Both the position numbers and the translations under genes were made by a program. From Malacoraja senta (Eukaryota), in the NCBI GenBank assembly GCA_038087875.1, contig CM075995.1, positions 6,202,001 to 6,266,000 on the forward strand: DNA of 64,000 nucleotides, written 5' to 3'. This document shows positions 1-14,320 of this stretch, one piece after another. Below the pieces are notes generated by a model. That model searched no databases and was not told where the DNA came from. It saw only the letters and a program-made list of their open reading frames with translations. The number at the start of each line of letters is the position of its first letter. Position 1 is the stretch's first letter.

Positions 1-460
1 CGCTGGCTCCTGCCCTCCTCCCCTGTGATACCCCCTTCTCCCCATGGCTCTTCCCCCATCTTTTCTCCGAGCTCTTTCCCCCGCCCACAATCCCCTCCCC
101 CCACACCTCCCTATCCCCACACCCTCCCCGCATAACCCCCGCCCACACAACCCCCTATCCCCACATCCCCCTCCCCGCACAACCCCCGCCCACACATCCC
201 CCCCAACATCCTTCCCCCGCTCCACAACCCCCTGCGCACACATCTCTCCCCGCAACACCCCCCGCCCACACATCCCCCTCCCCCCCATAACATCCTCCAC
301 CCACACATCTCCCCTCCCCCCACAACATCCTCCGCCCACACACCCCCTCCCTCCCACAGCCCCCCCCGCCCACACACCCCTCCTCCCTCCCACCCACACA
401 CATCCCTCCTCCCCTCCATCCCTCCCACCCCCACCCCCCACTTCCACCCCTCCCCTCCCA
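1..460. repeat. C-rich low-complexity tract
   Basis: Degenerate cccgcccacaca/ccctcccc units. The Pro- and Gly-rich ORFs here are artefacts. Confidence 0.85.
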
Positions 461-668
461 TACATGAAGAGGGGAAGTGCTGGGGGATGAGGGGAAATGA
501 GCCATGCCAGCGGTTAGGGGCTATGCATGAGTGGTGGAATATTGCATTGGGGGAATGGGTTGCGTTAGGGGAACGGCTGATTGGTGGAATATTGCGTTGG
601 GGAATCGGTTGCGTTGGGGCACCAGGCCTCCCATGTGACTTGGACCCAATGGGTCCTACTTAGTCTAG
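461..668 (+). mobile_element. 3' end of a Helitron-like non-autonomous element
   Basis: Short hairpin GGACCC-aat-GGGTCC (642-656), then CTAG (665-668) followed by T. Internal repeats of ggtggaatattgc.ttggggga. Confidence 0.45.
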
Positions 669-2034
669 TTGTTTACTATCCTCAGAACTGGCTAACATTG
701 TAATATCCTGTATCTATATCAACAGAAGCCACTTTAAAGACCGAATATCCAGATAAATATACTTCACATGTACACATTGACCACAAATCTAAAATCATTC
801 ATAACCAAGGAGGCACTCATAGTGATGGAAAAAAACCAGACCTAGAGATTTGATTGCATGGATTTGTTTATTTCAGCATTGTGCAAGTGAAGACAGAAGA
901 GCATTGAAAAATTTGTAATTTACTGCACAATTAACAAATAATTTCATTATAGTTATTGTGCAATTTTAAGTTGCTTGAATGTCTATTTTTGCCTTCAATC
1001 TCAAGGAACCAGATGCTCCATGTTACTCTTTTACTGCATTCTCTCAAGTTTTATTCATTATGATTTGCATATTTTTTGTGAATTAAAAATAAACAATATG
1101 TTGCAATGTCACAATTGACAAACAAAATAAAAGATTTGGCTCTGAAGGAATCGTGGCAAATTATTTTTAAATGCAGCGAGCAATTTCATACGAGAGATGC
1201 ATGATACTGTTATTTATTCTAGCAAACTGGAGCTCTAAAACTAGATTTTGCACTGTTTACTTTCTCTTTTTGCACTACCTGGTTGTATATGGTTTGATTG
1301 TACTCATCACTGCTATAATTTGCCTGGGTAGCACACAAAACAATGTTTTTCACTGTATCTCAGTACCCATGACAATAATAATAAACCAAACCAAAAAGAC
1401 AATTCATGAAAGGCAATTTAGTTGTTGGCACACATTCCAAGCTATACAAATATAAAATATATAGAATGTGGACAACATTAAAGCAGGTCATTTTATCCAC
1501 CAATCTTATGATGGAAGTTTCCCAGTTAGCCACCACAGATAATCGTACTTCTGCTTCCTCCATTGCTCCACGTGCTTTTCTTTTCTGAAACTATTCTTTG
1601 TGATTATCACAATTTTTGTATAAAATTGTGATTATCCGGCATGCTCAGGACAGTGTAGATTTTCCACTAACTGGATTAATTTAAAATGAGTATGGGAAAT
1701 GGGGCTTGGCTGAATGGGATGGGAATGTGGCACACGCCACCTGGTGAGCCACATACCGATCAATCAGAATCTCTAAATAGTCAGATAGTCGATTATTGGA
1801 GACTTACTGCAGTTCCTTTATAATTTATACATTTAATTCAGCAATTTGTGAGAGATTTCCTAAAACAAAGCATCAAATTGTCACCTCTAAAAAATGTTCT
1901 AACTTTCCTTTCAATGAATAGTGATCATCTCAAATACATAGCCTTTTAAACCAATAGACCTCCAAAAATATTGCACCTTATTCTCAGTTCAACTTTCAAA
2001 AGAACATTCAAACTTCTCTTCATAATTGAATATT

Positions 2035-2096
2035 TAGACAATAGACAATCTACATTAGGTGCAGGAGTAAGCCATTCGGCCCTTCGAGCCAGCACC
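2035..2096 (-). mobile_element. Tail-only CR1 3' fragment
   Basis: (agacaat)n tail plus ggtgcaggagta.gccattcggcccttcgagccagcacc, shared with the CR1 3' ends. Confidence 0.7.
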
Positions 2097-2204
2097 TACG
2101 TCCTACAGAATATATTTTTGTACTTCAGAGACATATGGCACAGAAACAGCCCTCTTGGTCCACCATCTATTCTGGCCATTGTACATCTCCTTTACATAAA
2201 AAAG

Positions 2205-5160
2205 CATAGAAACATAGGTGGAGTAGGCCATTCGGCCCTTCGAGCCAGCACCGCCAATCAATATGATCATGGATGATCATTTAAAATCGGTACCCCGTTC
2301 CTGCTTTCTCCTCATATTCCTTCATTCCTTTAGCCCGAAGAACAAGATCTCTCTCTTGAAAACATCCAATGAACTGGCCTGCACTGCCTTCAGTGGCAGA
2401 GAATTCCACAGATTCACAACTCTCTGGGTGAAAACGTTTTTCATTGTCTCAGTTCTAAATGGCCTATCCCTTGTTCTTAAACTGTGACGCCTGGTTCTGG
2501 ACTCCCCCAACATCGGGAACATTTTTCCTGCATCTAGCCTGTCCAATCCTTTAAGAATTTTATATGTTTCTATAAGATTCCCTCTCATCCTTCCAATTGT
2601 GAAAACAAGCCCAGTCGACCCATTCTTTCATCATATGTCAGTCCCGCCATCCCGGGAATTAACCTGGTGAACCTACACTGCACTCCCTCAATAACAAGAA
2701 TGTCCTTCCTCAAATTAGGAGACCAAAATTATACACAATACTCCAGATGCGGTCTCACCTGGGCCCTGTACAACTGCAGTAGGACCTCCTTGCTCCTAAA
2801 CTCAAATCCTCTCACAATGAAGGCCAATTAGCTTTCTTTACTGCCTGCTGTACCTGCATGCTTACTTTCAGTGACTGATGTACAAGCCCACCCAGGTCTC
2901 GTTGCACCTCCCCTTTTCCAAATCTGACACCATTGAGATAATAATCTGCCTTCCTGTTCTTGCCACCAAAGTGAATAACCACACATTTATCCACATTATA
3001 CTGCATCTGCCATGCATCTGCCCACTCACCCAACCTCATAGCATCCTCATCGCAATGCACACTTCCACCCAGCTTTGTGTCATCTGCAAACTTTGAGATG
3101 TCACATTTAATTCCCTCATCTAAATTGTTAATATATATTGGAAATAACTGGGGTCCCAGCACCGAGCCTTGCAGCACCTCACTAGTCACTGCCTGCCATT
3201 CTGAAAATGACCCTTTAATTCTTACTCTTTGCTTCCTGTCTGCCAACCAGTTCTCTATCCATGTCAAAACCCTACCCCCAATACCATGTGCTCTAATTTT
3301 GCACACTAATCTCTTGTGCGGGACCTTGTCAAGGGCTTTTTGAAAGTCCAAATACATCACATCGACTGGCTCTCCCTTATCCATTCTACTTGTTCCATCC
3401 TCAAAAAATTCCAGAAGATTAGTCAAGCATGATTTCCTCTTCATATACCCATGCTGACTTTGACCAATCCTGTCACTGCTTTCCAAATGTGCTGCTATAA
3501 CATCTTTAACAATCGACTCAAGCATCTTCTCCACTACCGATGTAAGGCTAACTTGTCTATAATTCCCCATTTTTTCTCTCCCTCCTTTCTTAAATATTGG
3601 CTACCCTCAAGTCCACATGAACTGATCCAGGGTCAAGAGAACATTGGAAAATGATCACCAATGCATCCACGATTTCTAGGGACACCTCCTTGAGTACTCT
3701 GGGATGCAGACCATCAGGTCCTGTGGATTTATCTGCCATCAGTCCCAACAGTTTACTTAACACAATTTCCTGACTATTGTGGATTCCCTTCAGTTCCTGC
3801 CTCCCACTAGATCCGTGGTCCCTTAGTATGTCTGGGAGATTGTGTGTGTATTCCCCAGTGAAGACAGAATCAAAGTACTCGTTTAACTGTTCTGCCATTT
3901 CTTTGTTTCCCATTATAAATTCACCCGTCTCTGATTGTAAGGGACCTACAGTGCCCTCCATAATGTTTGGGACAAAGACTCATTTATTTATTTGTCTCTG
4001 TACTCCACAATTTGAGATTTGTAATAGAAAAAAATCACATGTGGTTAAAGTGCACATTGTCAGATTTTAATAAAGGTCATTTTTATACATTTTGGTTTCA
4101 CCATCTAGAAGTTACAGCAGTGATTATACATAGTCCCCCCATTTCAGGGCATCATATTTGGGGCACATGGCTTCAGTTTTTTGTAATTGCTCAGGTGTGT
4201 TTAAATGCCGCCTTAATGCAGGTATAAGAGAGCTCTCAGCATCTAGTCTTTCCTCCAGTCTTTCCATCACCTTTGAAAACTTGTATTGCTGTTTATCAAC
4301 ATGAGGACCAAAGTTGTGCCAGTGAAAGTCAAAGATGCCATTATCAGACTGAGAAACAAGAATAAAACTGTTAAGGGACATCAGCCAAAACATTAGGCTT
4401 ACCAAAATCAACTGTTTGGAACATCATTAAGAAGAAAGAGAGCACTAGTGAGCTTACTAATCGCAAAGGGACTGGCAGGCCAACAAAGACCTCCACAGCT
4501 GATGACAGACGAATTCTCTATAATAAAGAAAACTCATTGGACGGCGGTTCATTCTACAGCAAGACAATGATCCCAAACATATTGCTACAGTAACAAAGGA
4601 GTTTTTCAAAGCTAAAAAAGTCAATTCTTGAGTGGTCAAGTAAATCACCCGATCTGAACTCAATTGAGCATGCCTTTTATATACTGAAGAGAAAACTGAA
4701 GGGGACTAGCCCCTAAACCAAGCATAAGCTAAAGATGGCTGCAACACTGGTCTGGCAGAGCATCACCAGAGAAGGCACCCAGCAACTGGTGATGTCCATG
4801 AATCGCAGACTTCAAGCAGTCATTGCATGCAAAGGATATGGTATGCAAAGGATATGACAATAAACGGTATTGTATTGTATTGTATTGTATTGTATGCAAC
4901 AAAATACTAAACATGACTACTTTCATTTACATGACATTGCTGCGTCCCAAACATTATGAAATGGAGGGATGGTGAAAACAAAATGTATAAAAATGGCCTT
5001 TATAAAAATCTGACAATGTGCACTTTAATCACATGTGATTTTTTCTATTACAAATCTCAAATTGTGGAGTACAGAGGCAAATAAATAAATGATGGGTCTT
5101 TGTCCCAACTATTATGGAGGGCACTGTACATTTGTCTTCACTAATCTTTTCCTTTTTACA
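2205..5160 (-). mobile_element. 5'-truncated CR1 LINE (ORF2 RT region), interrupted by a Tc1 element
   Basis: RT motifs YLDFQKA, QGSVLGP, FADD in ORF 2812-3570. CR1 sequence resumes at 5129 after the Tc1. Confidence 0.9.
3949..5126 (+). mobile_element. Tc1/mariner transposon, internally deleted
   Basis: TIRs CAGTGCCCTCCATAAT...ATTATGGAGGGCACTG with TA target duplication (3947-48, 5127-28). Transposase remnant from ATG 4301 with a central deletion near 4532. Confidence 0.93.
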
Positions 5161-6936
5161 TCCTTCCTATAAACAGAATGTTCAAATACAAATACAATAT
5201 TCTAAATATTTAGTGAGTTTAACATTAGCTCCTTGCTGTTTATCTTGTCTCTAGACACAAAATCAAAAACTTTTTTGATGTCCGAACATGACGGCCTGTG
5301 TATCCGAACATGACATCTACAGGCATCCCTATTCCCTATTTAAAATGACTCCTAGTAGTCGATGAAGCCGAACAGTCGAAAAAGCTTTCTTCTATCCACC
5401 CTATCTATCTACCTGCCTTGCGACTTTCAGGAATCTATTTACAAATACGCCTAGATTCTTCTGCTCGCTCCCCAGGGTGAAGCTCCTGCCTTGGTTTGGC
5501 TTCCCAAAATGCAACATCTCATCCCAAAATGTTCCCTCAGTATGTGAATCCATTCTGCTGCATGAGTAGTAACTACTTGTACCATACAAATTTATTTCAC
5601 ACCAGTCATTTCAACTTTTCATTTTTTTTTAATGCTTTTTTCCCCTACCAACAAACAATTGAATTTATTAGCTTTCCACGTAATCCCTTTCACTTCAGCT
5701 GCTATATGCCTCTTGATATTAAAGATGATGGTGTATTCTTACAAAAATGTCGCTCCACTAACATTTATTGGAGACCTTTCACTGCACTGATGGCAAGATA
5801 ATATTGTATTGTGCAGCTTTTTGGGAATGCTTCAATTCCAACTATAGATCAAGAATGAGAATGTTAGCTAGAGCCTAAATCAGAAGCATAATTCCTGTGT
5901 TTGCAATGAAAGCAAAAACAAATTCCTTACAGTTGAGTATATAATGTTGCTGTTAATAGTAAGTGGAAAGATATATCCTGGTGGCTTCATGTTTAAGAAA
6001 AGTCATGCTCAACTAAAACACTGCTCTTTATTATGTTCTTGTGGAGTCAAGAAAGGGAGTAACCTGTACAAAATTGTATTGCTTGAAAATAAAACACAAG
6101 GGAACATTACACATTGTTGATTTTGAAAGCAATGAAATTCATGTTTGACCCGTAAAATCTACTGTTAGTATATATAGTGATAAAATAAGAAAATCTATAG
6201 CTGAACATGGTTAAAGCTTTTTTAAAAATAATCTTCCTTCATGACTTTATTGGAAATGGTGGAGGGAAGAGGTGGATCCAGAACAATGGTTCCAAGTTCA
6301 ATGATCAATCTTGTAAATAAACTGATCTCAGTACCTTGAAATGAGAATAGAAGGCAGGGATCAGAAATGAGTTGATGAACAATCTACTATCCATCAATTA
6401 CTCATGGAAAATAAACCTAGACCAATGTCAGGCATGTTCAGGACAGATGCAATACCACACGGATCATAATTGGTACCTTTAATTATGTACCAAACAAGCA
6501 ATAGTGACTGTAAAACCATGTGCCAACAGATTGGCAAAAGGAGGAAACTGGCACAAAAATAACACATTAATTTACCGATAAAGATAATCTGTAAAAATGT
6601 TGTACAAAATGATTCCCAAATATACATATGCAATGCCTCAAGACAAAATTAATTTAACGTTCCGGTGCAGAACATTGACACCAGAATGCAAAGTGCAATC
6701 ACTGCAAAATGATAAACTTTTTGAATCTGTGTATCTGGTGCCCACTGAAATAACATGCAGATTTATCATGCACATCTATCAATGACTACTCAGAAGTACA
6801 CATTTATATAGTGAAGGATAATGTTGGAGCTCCTAGATGTTCCTCATCCGACAGAATCAATATCAGGCAGAACTAATAAAGCTAAATATGTAATCTTCAT
6901 TGCTCATATCTGAATTAACACTTCAAATAATGAAGT

Positions 6937-7043
6937 GAAACGTCGAAACGTCAAATAATGAAGTGAAACACAGAAACGTCACCTATTCCTTCGCTCCATA
7001 GATGTTGCCTCACCCGCTGAGTTTCTCCAGCTTTTTTGTCTAC
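6937..7043 (+). mobile_element. Penelope pLTR-derived fragment with 16-bp TSD
   Basis: gaaacgtcacctattccttcgctccatagatg... flanked by cttcaaataatgaagt at 6921-6936 and 7044-7059. Confidence 0.75.
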
Positions 7044-9995
7044 CTTCAAATAATGAAGTTCAATTTTCAATTATCACAATAACTTTTTCAATCCTGCATA
7101 TTAAATTTGATTATCTGCCATAATGAGGTTTCCCTCATTATTTAATAGCCTTTAAACCTGCATGTACAACTGGCAAGATCTTTCAAAAATATAAGAAAAC
7201 AAATAGAGACCTTCCTTTCATAATATTGTCCCTATTACAACCATCTTGTTCAGATGTTCTCTCTTTGCTCACTATTTACCATAGACTATCTGAGTCTAAC
7301 AGTACATTTTTGATTGGAGGAGATAGTCAAACCAAGAACATAGAATGTAACAATCACACAAAAATGGGCAACTACTTGATAACGTGAAGCTAACCTAACA
7401 CTCTCTCCTAGTTGCCCCACTTCCACACATATGAGTCATGCAATAATTGACATTGTCACCTGAACTATGCAGCAAGCCTGGAGTGCTTGAGGCATCAACA
7501 AATAAAATTCATTATACAATGATTGAATATAATCTTCTAATTTTGGCCCAATGGCAGCAAGTGTAAGCTGACAATATTCTTCCACCTATTTCAATGCTTA
7601 CACTTTCAAAGAGTCTTTTATGAATCTGAATACGAACTATTCTCCAAGGATGGAGAAAAGACCAACAGCAGCAACAAACACTCTGAAAGAGTCAGAGTGA
7701 GACCATCATAACATCTGGAAAAGTGTTACAATCCCAGATTCTTCTCTGTATATACTTGATGAAAATATTGGTATGGTTTCGCAATATGAAACTGGTTTTT
7801 ATTTCACCAACATCTTACACACCATAATATTTTTGCTCTAAAATGATTTTTTGATAGATGACTCAGATTCCCATTCTGAGAAGTGTCAAGAGTTTGTTCC
7901 ATCATTGTTAAAAATGGCCATTTGTGTATTTCCTTCATGTTTTTCTTAAAATATACGCTTAACAACTGATGAACTAGTTTAGTTCAGTTTCCTTTATCAT
8001 TTTGATGGTCACTTTACTCTCATCTGCAGAACCTTTAATAAATAGAGATTCTTGAAAGGTCTCTTCCATTGGAAGAAAATAAACCACATTTGATTGGTCT
8101 GATCCTTGAGAGCCAGGCCATCAACTAGGAGCTTTAAGGGATATTAAGGCATGTTTGTCTTTCCATCCGCTGCCTTAAATCATGAGGTTCAATGATGCTC
8201 CTGTTAAGATGTCCAGGACCCAAGTTTTCCATGGCAAATACGGAGTCATTAAGATGCTTGTGGTTTTCTCCAAATATTTTGATCCTGGGTATAAAAGGAA
8301 AACAGAAAAAGTATAAAGGAAATACCTGTAGCACAAAATAGACAGGCCATTGAGAATTCCTACAAAAAATATTGGTAATCTTTTACAAAGAAAGGTTGCC
8401 AAGGGATCATTTCTGTCTAACCCACCTGTCAAAGAGCATCTGAGTCATTCTGTAGCTGTGTCCATTTCAGTTTCACCTCTGCATGTCATTAAAGTGATTG
8501 TGTGATTTTCCTGAAATTAATGATATATCTCCAGGCATTATTATTTATGACAGTATTTTCTATTTCTTTTATATACATAATTAGGTACATACTCATGCTT
8601 GCCACTCTCTTCCTTTCCACCTTTTATTTCTTTGTGTTGGAGACCTGAATGGGATGTAAATTATTTCTTCCTTTGGTTAACATCATTATACATATCATGT
8701 TTACATTAATGTTACTATATTCAGAAAATGAAGTGTTTTACAGAAACATCTGCGTAAAAAAAAAAAATTGGATCTTAAGGCACTGAAAACCCAGTAGGAA
8801 AATCACCATATGGGTCCTACCATCAGCACAATATTAAACTGCAGCATTGCATCCAAATCCAAGTTTCTGCTTGTTTACAAGTACTGTATGCAGCAGCTTC
8901 TATTGTTAATAAGATTAAGCCAAAAATTGTTTCGGAGGTTGTGGAAAGTTGAGGAAATTTCTTTTTACCACAAATTTTCTATTTCTTGCAATATAATTGC
9001 AACAGAATCATTCCTTAGGGTAATTTATGAATAACTGAACTCCCTTTGTCACATACCTAATTATCTCTTTAGAAAAATATCTATTCATTGCCACTTGTAT
9101 TGCAGGTGTTTATTAGTTTATGTATAATGGCTGTGATTATCTGCCTATAGCACTATAGCAGTGATTACAAGTTCAGCTGTAAAGGAGATGGGAAGCATTG
9201 CAATTCTAAAAAGTACAAAATAGGTGAAAGTCCTTTTATATCAGCAGAAAGCTTACGTATGCACTGCAATCCTGTTAAAACGATTAGTATTACAAATGAA
9301 TAATTTTCGCCTTTTGACTATGCTAACAGACGGAAGGAAAACCAAGTCGGAGCATTTTGTAAGGCTCCCTAATTCGTGAGATCCAAGGGAGTCATGGTCA
9401 CCACAACCGGTTTAATAGATTACAAGGGCAGAATAAAGTTCTTTATATAAAAAGAATCTGAAGAAAGGTCCTGACCCAAAGTGTCACCTATCCATGTCCC
9501 CCTCAGATGCTGCCTGACTTGCTGAATTTATTTTACTCATACAACAATATAGCGCAGGAACAGGCATTTCGGCCCACAATATCTGTGCAGAACATAATGC
9601 CAAGATCATAATTTATCTACCTGCACATAATCCATATATCTCCATTGCCTGTGCCTAACCTGCCCACACCAACCAACATGTTCCATTTAAACTAGTCCCA
9701 CCTGCCTGCACTTGTCCCAAACCCCTCTAAACCTGTCCACTTGCTTCTTAAACATTGTGATACTACCTGCTTCAACTACCTCCTCCTGCATCTCGTTCCA
9801 TACACCCACCACCCTGTGTGTGAAAAAGTTACCCCTCAGGTTCCTATTAAATCTTTCACCTCTCACCTTAAACCTATGACCTCTGGTTCTTGATGCCCCT
9901 ACTCTGGGCAAGAGACTCTGTGCATCTACCCAATCTATTCCTTTCATGATTTTGTACATCTCTATAGAATCTCCCCTAATACTCCTGCTCACCAA

Positions 9996-12900
9996 TAGAC
10001 AATAGACAATAGGTGCAGGAGTAGGCCATTCGGCCCTTCGAGCCAGCACCGCCATTCAATGTGATCATGGCTGATCATCCCCAATCAGTACCCCGTTCCT
10101 GCCTTTTCCCCATATCCCCTGACTCCGCTATTTTTAAGAGCCCTATCCAGCTCTCTCTTGAAAACATCCAGAGAACCTGCCTCCACCGCCCTCTGAGGCA
10201 GAGAATTACACACACTCATAACTCTCTGTGAGAAAAAGTGTTTCCTCGTCTCCGTTCTAAATGGTTTATCCCTTATTCTTAAATTGTGGCCCCTGGTTCT
10301 GGACTCCCCCAACATTGGGAACATGTTTCCTGACTCCAGCGTATCCAAACCCTTAACAATCTTATATGTTTCAATAAGATCACCTCTCATCCTTCTAAAC
10401 TCCAGAGTGTACAAGCCCAGCTGCTTCATTCTCTCAGCATATGACAGTCCCGCCATTCCGAGAATTAAACTTGTAAACCTAAGCTGCACTCCCTCAATAG
10501 CAAGAATGTCCTTCCTCAAATTAGGGGACCAAAACTGCACACAATACTCCAGGTGTGGTCTCACTAGGGCTCTGTACAACTACAGAAGGACCTCTTTGCT
10601 CCTATACTCGACTCCTCTTGTTATAAAGGGCAACATGCCATTCGCTTTCTTCACTGTCTGCTGTACCTGCATGCTTACTTTCATAGACTGATGAACAAGG
10701 ACCCACTGATCCCGCTGTACTTCCCCTTTTCCCAACTTAACGCCAATTAGATAGTAATCTGCCTTCCTGTTTTTGCTACCAAAGTGGATAACCTCACATT
10801 TCTCCACATTAAACTTCATCTGCCATGCATCCGCCCACTCCCCCAACCTGTCCAAGTCACCCTGCATTCTCATAGCATCCTCCTCACAGTTCACACTGCC
10901 ACCCAGCTTTGTGTCATCTGCAAATTTGCTAATGTTACTTTGAATCCCTTCATCCAAATCATTTATGTATATTGTAAATAGCTGCGGTCCCAGCACCGAG
11001 CCTTGCGGTACCCCACTAGTCACTGCCTGCCATTCTGAAAGGGACCCGTTAATCGCCACTCTCCGTTTCCTGTCTGCCAACCAATTTTCTATCCATGTCA
11101 GCACTCTACCCCCAATACCATGTGCCCTAATTTTGCCCACTAATCTCCTGTGTGGGACCTTATCAAATGCTTTCTGAAAGTCCAGGTACACTACATCCAC
11201 TGGCTCTCCCTTGTCCATTTTCCTAGTTACATCTTCAAAAAATTCCAGAAGATTAGTCAAGCATGATTTCCCCTTCGTAAATCCGTGCTGACTCGGACCG
11301 ATCCTGTTACTGCTATCCAAATGTGCGGCTATTTCATCTTTTATAATTTCCCCACTTGTCAGGCTAACTGGTCTATAATTCCCTGTTTTCTTAAAAAGTG
11401 GGATAACATTAGCTACCCTCCAATCCACAGGAACTGATCCTGAGTCTATAGAACATTGGAAAATTATCACCAATTCATCCACGATTTCTAGAGCCACTTC
11501 CTTTAGTATCCTGGGATGTAGACCATCAGGCCCTGGGGATTTATCAGCCTTCAGTCCCATCAGTCTACCCAACACCATTTCCTGCCTAATGTGGATTTCC
11601 TTCAGTTCCTCCGTCACCCCAGATCCTCTGGCCACTACTATATCAGGAAGATTGTTTGTGTCCTCCTTTGTGAAGACGGATCCAAAGTACCTGTTCAACT
11701 CATCTGCCATTTCCTTGTTCCCCATAATAAATTCACCTTTTTCGGTCTTCAAGGATCCAACTTTGGTCTTAACTAATTTTTTTCTCTTCACATACCTAAA
11801 GAAGCTTTTACTATCCTGCTTTATATTCTTGGCTAGCTTACCTTCGTACCTCATCTTTTCTCCTCGTATTGTCTTTTTAGTTATCTCCTGTTGCGCTTTA
11901 AACATTACCCAATCCTCTTGCTTCCCGCTCATCTTTGCTATGTTGTACTTCTCTTTTATTTTTATACTGTCCCTGACGTCCCTTGTCAGCCACGGTCGCC
12001 CCTTACTCCCCTTGGAATCTTTCTTCCTCCTAGGAATGAACTGATCCTGCACCTTCTGTATTATTCCTAGAAATACCTGCCATTTTTGTTCCACTGTCAT
12101 CCCTGCTAGTGTATCTTTCCAGTCAACTTTGGCCAGCTCCTCCCTCAGGGCCCCATAGTCCCCTTTATTCAACTGTAACACTGACACCTCCAATCTACCC
12201 TTCTCCCTCTCCAATTGTAGATTAAACCTGACCATGTTATGGTCACTACTTCCTAATGGCTCATTAACCTCGAGGTCCTTTATCAAATCCGGTTCATTAC
12301 ATAACACTAAATCCAGAATTGCCTTCTCTCTGGTAGGCTCCAATACAAGCTGCTCTAAGAATCCATCACGAAGGCATTTCTTGGGGTCCAGTACCAACCT
12401 GATTTTCCCAGTCTACCTGCATGTTGAAATCTCCCATAATAACTACAGCATTAGTATTGCTACATGCCAATTTTAACTCCTGATTCAACTTGCACCCTAT
12501 GTCCAGGCTAGTTTGGGGGCCTGTAGATAAGTCCCATTAGGGTTATTTTTACCCTTACAATTCCTTAGTTCTATCCATACTGACTCCACATCTCCTGTTT
12601 CAATGTCACCCCTTGCAAGGGACTGAACTTCATTCCTCACCAACAGAGTAACACCACCCCTCGGACCACCTGTCTGTCTTTTCGATAGGAGGTATACCCT
12701 TGAATATTCAGTTCCCAGCCCTGGCCCTCTTGCAGCCATATCCCTGTAATTCCCACAACATCATACTTGCCAATTTCTAACTGAGCCTCAAGATCGTCCA
12801 CTTTATTTCTTATACTTCGTGCATTCATATACAACACTTTGACCTCCATATTCACGCCCCCCGTCGCACCGCTCGGTAAGGTAAGGCCCTGACCTTACTC

Positions 12901-13955
12901 TTTTATCCCTTCTCGAACTTTCCTTCCCATTAATTCGAGAATCTTTTGTAATTTTTCCTGTAGTTACTTCCCCTTCAACTCCATCTTTATACTCCCAATT
13001 TGTCAATCCCTCCCCCCCACTATTTAGTTTAAACCCACACGTGTAGCCCTAGCAAACCTGCCTGCCAGAATGTCTGTCCCCCTCCAGTTAAGGTGTAACC
13101 TGTCCCTTTTGTACAGGTCACCCCTACCCCAGAAGAGATCCCATGGTCTATAAATCTAAATTCTTGCTCCCTGCTCCAGCACCTCAGCCACACAACCAGA
13201 TTCCCTATCTCCCTGTTCCTGTCCTCACTAGCACGAGGTACTGGAAGCAATCCAGAGTAACCACCCTAGAAGTCCTGCCTTATAGTCTTCTTCCCAACTC
13301 TCTGAACTCATGTTGGAGAACCTCCTTCCTCTTCTTCCCGATGTCGTTTGAGCCTACGTGCACAACTACTGCCGGCTGTTCACCTTTTCTCTCTCTCTTT
13401 CTCTCGAGGATTTTCTGAATTCGGCTTGTGACATCCTGAACCCTGGCACCAGGGAGGCAACAGACCATCCTCGCGTCTTGTCTGCCGCCACAGAATCTCC
13501 TGTCTGCTCCTCGGATAATGGAGTCACCCACCACTATGGCTCTGCCTGATGTCGGTCTTGCCTGTCGAGTCCCATCTCGAGGTTTGGAGCCACTGACGTG
13601 TCCGCCGCTCGGACTGGAAACATCGTCTCCCCCGACAGTTCCCAAGAGGGCGTACCTGTTTTCAATAGGCACAGCCACCTAGGTCTCCTGCACTCCACGA
13701 TTTCCACCCTTTCTCTCAGTCATACACCTTCCTTCTTCCCGTATCCTCGGCGTGAGAACCTCACTGTAGGTTCTGTCCAGGAAACTCTCGTTTTCCCGGA
13801 TGGCCCTGAGGTCATCCAGATGCTTCTCCAGTGCCCCAACAGGAGCTGAAGCTGGACGCACTTGCCACAGTTGTAGCAGCCAGAGGCTCCATCCGTGTCC
13901 CTGGGCTCCCACATTCTGCAAGCCTCACACTGTCTCATCTGTCCTATCCTGGGTT
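9996..13955 (-). mobile_element. Near full-length CR1 LINE (ORF1 Cys-rich + SGNH esterase-like; ORF2 APE endonuclease + RT), with frameshifts
   Basis: ORF1: CEAC..CGKC, IVVGDSIIRG, VVVHVGSND. ORF2: YMNARS, LDLVL, SSDH, YLDFQKAFD, PQGSVLGP, FADD (605-aa ORF 10580-12397). (caataga)n tail. Confidence 0.95.
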
Positions 13956-13988
13956 ACCAAGGAATCGAGTCCTAGCCTGCTTAACCTC

Positions 13989-14134
13989 GTAAGCTCAGTC
14001 TGAAGAAGGGTCTCGCCCGAAACGTCACCCATTCCTTCTATCCAGAGATGCTGCCTGTCCCACTGAGTTACTCCAGCATTTTGTATCTATCTTGTATTTT
14101 GTAAACCAGCATCTGCAGTTCCCTCCTACACACA
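13989..14134 (+). mobile_element. Penelope pLTR-derived fragment with hammerhead-like core
   Basis: CTGAAGAAGGGTCTCGCCCGAAACGTC at 14000-14026; aacctc duplicated on both sides. Confidence 0.7.
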
Positions 14135-14320
14135 ACCTCTCCCTATAGCTCAGGGCCTCGAGTCCTGGCAACATCCTCGTAAATAAATCTTCTCTGCACC
14201 TTTACCAACTTGACATCTTTTGTATAACATGGTGCCTAGTGCTGAACACAATACTCTAAATATGGCCTCACCGGTGTCTTATATAACTACAACATGACTA
14301 ACCAACCTCTATTCTCAATA

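Noticed and set aside
44..505. Pro- and Gly-rich ORFs
   Set aside because: Artefacts of low-complexity C/G-rich sequence.
1360..1590. Minus-strand ORF after a tttcag acceptor-like site
   Set aside because: No polypyrimidine tract and no similarity to the expected next OSBPL exon.
9257..9271. Possible 15-nt minus-strand microexon (aacag|GATTGCAGTGCATAC|gtaagc)
   Set aside because: Putative branch point is only ~13 nt from the AG, the pyrimidine tract is weak, and it would interrupt a conserved domain. No support without RNA-seq.
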